Notes under the pieces: model-generated | The model's input: only the letters and a program-made list of their open reading frames with translations | Told to the model about the DNA's origin: nothing | Database searches by the model: none | Position numbers and translations under genes: made by a program | Shown here: positions 20,370 through 64,000 of the stretch, in pieces | Layout: every line of letters starts with the position of its first letter | How positions within the stretch are numbered: the stretch's first letter is position 1 | From: the human T2T-CHM13v2.0 reference genome, Homo sapiens | Strand: one strand, 5' to 3' | Assembly (NCBI RefSeq): GCF_009914755.1 | Contig: NC_060944.1 | DNA length: 64,000 bases

Positions 20370-21749
20370 AATTTTATCAGTTAGTTGCCTGTGAATTGAT
20401 GTGTCACCACCATCTCTGTTGTTACCAGACCTAGCTAACTATTCTGATCACACTTATTTTTAACTCTGTTTTCTTTAAAAATAGGCAAACAGTTTTATTT
20501 CATTATTTAGGACCAGAAGTCAAGGTGTTATCCAGGGGAAGAAATTACCATTAATTAAACAGCCTCTTTACACCCGTTACTTGATACCTCTCTACCTTCC
20601 ACAACAAACCATGCAGGTATTAGGTCCTCTTTAGTGACTTCTAAGATTTGGTATGGACAGTTATTTTGCATTGTATTCGAGCCCACCATCCCTTCCCCAT
20701 TTTTTAACTCTGAGATACAACCAAGCCAGTGAAATAGGTAACCTATGGTTGCATAAGTCTTGGTCATCACCAAGCTGGCGTCTCACCTGTCCTCACACTG
20801 TATGGTGGCCTGCAGAGCTGGTTCCTCACAGGATTTGCCCCTTCTGAAAACATCCACATTACCACAAGGAGAGAAAAATATCAGGATAGAGGGGTCTTTT
20901 TTAGCCCAAGATTAGAATTAGTGCTTCCTTGCTACTCTGAGGCTGGACAGCCAGATGGGCACCTTCTGTCCCTAGTTTAGGAGCTGTTCCACCTGTTGAA
21001 GCCACACTCAACCAAAAGTCAGTGGGGGCCTACCTGCTCTGTTGGATCAGTGAGACCAGGAAAGTCCTATCAGAGGAAAAGTGAAGTATTGGTGCTCAGT
21101 GGAGTAGTTGTTTTGTTTTTGTGTTGTTTTTAATGTCCCTATACCACAGATTGACGCTGCAAGCTCAGATTCACAGTCTTGCTCTGTTTAGGTCTTGCTC
21201 TGCTATTAGTTCCCAATTGTCCGCATTTAGGCTGAGCCACAAGTAACTCAGTGAACCTCCCTGGTGTAATGGATGTGTAATGGCTTAGCAGAGGGACAGG
21301 GAATATCCCAGGAAAAGGGGTCTTGGTAATATGAGCCAGTACCAAGAAAGGCCTTAGTGGTCTCCAGTTCTCATGTCTCAAAGCCATTTCCATCCTTGGT
21401 GCGAAACGGTGGGACTGGATCAGGCTCTCTGGAGGAAGACATCTTCAATGGAGCAGGGTAAAATTCTCTACACAAGCTTTGAAACAGTGGCCTGTTCGGA
21501 ATTCCGTTTGTGTGTGAAACGCAAAAAGCGCGGTTTGGGTCTCCTTTCATTCTTGTCAGGAGGGAATCATTCCCATTTTACAGAGAAGGGAAACGGGTTC
21601 AGAAAGATGATCATCTGTTCCGGGGTTAGAACTCAGTCCCCTGCGTCCTTTCCGTCCCAGTCCTCGGCTCTTTCAAAAGAGCTGGGGGTTTTGAGAGCTC
21701 CACTCAAGTCCCAGCAGCCCTGCTCAAGGCCAGGTTGAAGGCTTTTTCC

Positions 21750-50611
<28,862 letters not shown>

Positions 50612-50994
50612 AACCAGGTGGGTGGAATGGTGACAGAAGCAGCTGAGCCCGGGAGAAGCTGTAAGGAAACAGGCAGGGACTGACTTTCACAAACACTGAG
50701 AATTGCGCCGTGTTCCTGGCTTTCTCTGAAGCACCAAAGAGTTTGGAGGAAGTTGTGAGAATCAGAGGAGATGATTAACTGTGATCGGAATGGGGGGTGG
50801 TGGAGGGTGAAGGAGGTGCCCTCTTGCCAGCTGCCCTGCCTGGCTTCATGCAGAATAGTTTGGGCTTTCCCAGGGCCCTGCCTGGCTCCATTCTGCCTGC
50901 CTGAAGGCCTGGCCAGGATGTAACCACCTTCTTTATTGAAGACTGGGTGTCTGCCATACTTTAAAAACACTTATTTTTACCTTTTTGTCCTCAG

Positions 50995-51185
50995 AAAAGG
51001 AAATCCTCGCTTCCATGGCTGCCAAAAGGACAGTGTTTCTGGCTCTCAGCCCTAAGGCCCTGCAAACTCTAACTTATTTCCCAATTAGTCTGTATCTATA
51101 CTTGGGCTCTGTATGTGAATGAAGGTTGGTCACCCATCCAGCCTATTACCTTTTGCTTTGTGTATTAAAAGTGCTGCAAAATCTG
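50995..51185 (+). other. PABPC1L: PABPC1L non-coding terminal exon 15 (3'UTR; end approximate)
   Basis: Strong acceptor tttttacctttttgtcctcag at 50994; ATTAAA at 51164-51169 preceded by several TGTA motifs. Confidence 0.8.
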
Positions 51186-52134
51186 CCTTGCCTCCCAGGA
51201 GGCCCTTTTGTGTCTGAGGGAGGTGGGGACAGAGCAAACGGTAGACATGACTGGGGTGGGGCTCAGGCTCTAAGAAACAGAAACCCTAAAGGAGTGCTGA
51301 AGTACACAGAGGGCATATACACAAGAGCAGGAGAAGTGTTAGGAACTGACCCATCAACAGTACAGTGGATGATGACATGGATATCACACAATGGACCAGA
51401 GCTACAGGGGCCCCCATCTGATGTGCATGCAGCCCCTGGCTTGGGCACCCTGCAGGGCAAACACCCAGCTGCTTCTCAGCTGGCTAAGGGGTTGTGTAAC
51501 ATAATTAACCCTTGTAGGAACGTTTTAGGGTACCTTCCCAGGTCAGGATTTTCCTCCCCTAATGGAGAAGTCTCTCGAAAAGCTTCTTTGTGTCAGTTAG
51601 TGCTCACCTCCCATCAGGGACGTACAGTCCAGGTCTTTGCCCTCTCGTGTACCGGAGCGGCCCAGTGAAAGTGGCTACTATGACCCAAGCAGACTGGGTT
51701 CTGCTAAAAATTCACCAGCAACAAATCTGACCGAGTCCTCAAGGCTGCTCTGCCACTCTCAGCAACTCACTCTTCCTGTTCTCCGCTCCACAGACCTCCA
51801 ACCTGTCTTCACCATGTCCTGCCCACTTCTTTGGCTGCTTTTAATCTGTTCCCTGTGCAGCTCCATCGTCTTCTCCCCAAATCCTGACTGCTGGCATTTC
51901 TTTACTCTCAGTCCTGGGCCCTCTCGGTTTCTCATGCCATGTTCTCCTGAGCTATCTAATTTACAAGCGCATCTTCCATTTGTACCCAGTCGAGGATGAC
52001 TCCCTGTTTTTTTCTTCAGCCCAGTCAACTCTTAAGAGCACCTGAGTCACCTCTCTTACATTCCACCGCCTACCTGCCATCAGCTCCTGGTTATCTTGGT
52101 AACACTCATGTCTAAATTCAAGCTTATGACTTAA

Positions 52135-52590
<456 letters not shown>

Positions 52591-53849
52591 TGACCTCCTA
52601 CCAGATCCAAATCCACTACCACTACCTAGTGGAATAAATCCACTAATTTGAGCTAAGCTCAACCCCTGCGCTCACTGCCTTCTGCCAGTTAACTGCATTT
52701 ACCCTGGCCCTCCCGCAGTCTGTCCTCCACCATGCAGTCCTAAGGCTTCTTTCAAAATGCCTCTCTAATGTCTCATCCTTGCATAAATCCTGCAGTAGCT
52801 TCCCATCATTAGAATAAGGACTACTTTACACAGCCTAGGAGACCCTGCATGATCTGCTCTCTGCCCTGTCATTCCCACGTAACGGTGTTTTACCTTCTCT
52901 GGGAGTCGGGGTAGAATTCCATCATGACCATTAAGACAGTCACATTGATAGCTGTGTGTCCCTCTCCTAGAAACATTAACCTATGAGAAGCAGAAGTTTT
53001 ATTCCTCAAAGCATCTCTGGAAAAGACTGAATGATGTTAAATTTCAAAGATGAGTGATGGGGATGAGGAAGCTTATGTTGTGTTCTTCAGACATTTTTGA
53101 AGTACAAAATGAGTAGTCTCTTCGGGTTGTGCCGGCCCCACCCTCTGTGTCTTCACTAGCAAATCAAGTTGCTTGCCTTCTAGAGCTCAGAATGATGTAA
53201 ACCAGTTGTGACTGGATGTCACGAAACCTGCCTCACATCAGTCCTGCCTGCTTATGAGGCAATAAAAGGGGTACGGTGCCCCACTTTGAAACTGTCCCTT
53301 GACTGTGCCGATGGGGTTTGTCTGACTCTAACTCTGCTTCAGCCTGGATGTCTGTGATGGCTCAGACAACAGACTCATCCTTAAGAGAGCTCAGAGGTGG
53401 TGTGCTTAACGCCGAGTGCTGCCTAGCACTATGTGATGGGAGCCAAGGGATGATCAGACCCCTTTGTCTACTCTGCTCTGTGGAATCCTAAAACTCTACT
53501 TCCATTAGGTGAAAACCAGCCCAGGAAAGGGAGGCAGCCCTTGATTCTAGCTAGATCCTAGAGCACTCTCCAGCCTCACCCCATACCATGTTTTGTGAAT
53601 TTCATCAGCCCTTTTAGGTCCCTGTACTCACTGGCTGTGCTCCCAATGAGGGCCTTACATGGCCGTTCTGTCCACGGTGTTTCCCTCCCCTCTTCACTAG
53701 TTAACCTCCCCATCTGGAACTCAATTCAAGCTTTACTTACTCAGGGACCCCCTTCCCTCCACTGCATCAAATTTCCCCTTTTGGGCAGGGAAATCACTGA
53801 CGACTGCTTCACAACACTCAGGCAAGCTGCAATTTTACATGTGTGTGGT

Positions 53850-54005
53850 TGTCTGATTAACTTCTTGCCTTCCCACTGGACTACCAGCCCTCTGAGAGCA
53901 GGGGCTGTGTCTATTCACTGCTATCTATCTATCTCCCTAGCACTATTCACAGTGCCTGGCCCATGCAGACATGTCAATAAATTTGTTCAACAAATGAATG
54001 AATGC
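53850..54005 (+). mobile_element. L2 LINE 3' end
   Basis: ctgagagcagggg.ctgtgtct...cacagtgcctggc...caataaatttgtt...tgaatgaatg. Confidence 0.8.
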
Positions 54006-54977
54006 CCAATAAGCAATAACTTTTATTATTACTACAGAGTTCCAGGTGCAAAGCTGAAAAGGCATAAATGAAAGCACAGCAGATATTGATGTAGAAGAAA
54101 GCTTTTTAATGCAACAGCTTAAACACACAGTTCAACAAAATCAGTCAATTCAAATTAACTTCAACATATTACAAAGAACTATGAAGCCCGGAGAAGGCCA
54201 CTGTTGGAACAAAAAACCAAGTCCCTGCCCAGAAAGCATGGACACTGACCAAGGAGGCCTCTTGCCCCCTCCCACCTCTAGGAGGAGCAGCCACAATCAC
54301 TGGGCTCTTTAAACAGCTTAGGTGCCTCTCTGCAGAAGGCAGCAGCACAGAGTCAAGGACAACCATTCAAGGGTCAGGGCTCTGCCTTCCCACCAAAGGA
54401 GGGCCCGAACAGAAGGCACTGGGGCTCAGACATAGGAGACTGTGCAAGGACAGGACAGGGCAGGGACAGCAGCTGTACACCTGGAGAGACTGCAGCCCTG
54501 GAGAACCAGCTCAACAGGCTGCTTTGGATCAGGGCCTTAGGTTTATCCCCCTCCTTCCACCCCGGCCCAGGAGCTCAGGTTGTTCAGATGAACTGCAGTG
54601 AGTTGGGGTCTGGGGAAGCTACAAGGGCAGCACTCAGTCTGCAGCCCACTTGGGCAGGACAAAGCCAAATGCTTTGCTGATGAGGATCTGTTGGTGTGAT
54701 CAGCTAGCTGGGCTGGGGGAATAGGGACAGAGCTTCAGCTTCACGCTTAGCTCTAGTGGGGACCTTTCTGGTGCAACAACCATGTCTGTGTTTGACTACA
54801 CTGAGTTTAATTTGAACAAGCAAAGCCTCTTACAGGGTGGGAGGCCATCAAGGGATTGAGGAGGGGGCTTCAGAGCTCACTTGGGGCATGCTGGGTTTCA
54901 GGAGCGGGCACAGAGCAGGTGGCCCATGGCTTCTCTGGGTAAGGTCAGGCAGGGGTTCCAGTTGCCCTGTTGGGTTT
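54000..54977 (-). other. TOMM34: TOMM34 3'UTR with tandem poly(A) signals (ATTAAA 54110-54105, AATAAA 54027-54022)
   Basis: tttaat and tttatt on the + strand; end approximate. Confidence 0.75.
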
Positions 54978-63871
<8,894 letters not shown>

Positions 63872-64000
63872 CTGGAAAAGAAGGCAGGATTGCAGGGAGG
63901 TTTCCAGCTGGGTCAAGAAGATATTTCTCCTTTCACACACCCATGGGAGGTAGGCCTTTTCAGAAGAGCCAGAGCTGCCACCCTCCCCCTGGTCGGAACC

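Larger units (their letters stand above)
18302..20388 (+). other. YWHAB: YWHAB 3'UTR (end approximate)
   Basis: Follows the stop codon; AATAAA at 20364-20369 followed by GT/T-rich sequence. Confidence 0.8.

Noticed and set aside
51126-51999. 180-aa and 120-aa ORFs just downstream of PABPC1L
   Set aside because: Non-ATG starts, the first crosses the poly(A) signal, and no recognisable protein features.

Overview
Human genomic DNA. From the encoded proteins I recognise it as the YWHAB-PABPC1L-TOMM34 locus (20q13.12 from memory). It holds three genes. (1) YWHAB (14-3-3 beta, + strand): the 3' part of intron 1, all five coding exons (CDS 13397-18301, 246 aa) and a ~2.1 kb 3'UTR ending near 20385. 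(2) PABPC1L/ePAB (+ strand), complete: CpG-island promoter ~21750-22300, 14 coding exons 22007-50611 (614 aa, or 619 aa with an alternative exon-10 acceptor) and a 3'UTR-only exon 15. (3) TOMM34 (- strand): the last four coding exons and 3'UTR, convergent with PABPC1L. All exon boundaries were read by hand; GT/AG sites and phases sum to intact frames. The rest is about 45 Alu copies plus L1M, L2, MIR, MLT1 and MER/Charlie remnants and simple repeats. There is no rRNA, tRNA, CRISPR or foreign insert, and most ORFs in the track are Alu or antisense noise. The most interesting unexplained signal is the splicing architecture of PABPC1L. Two stop-free, phase-matched candidate micro-exons sit too close to exons 2 and 12 to be spliced to them (possible steric mutual exclusion). 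There is also a candidate 46-nt ultra-short 5'UTR intron, several in-frame tandem acceptors, and an L1 insertion that appears to have split the exon-11 branch point from its acceptor. These are sequence-level hypotheses that need RNA-seq confirmation.
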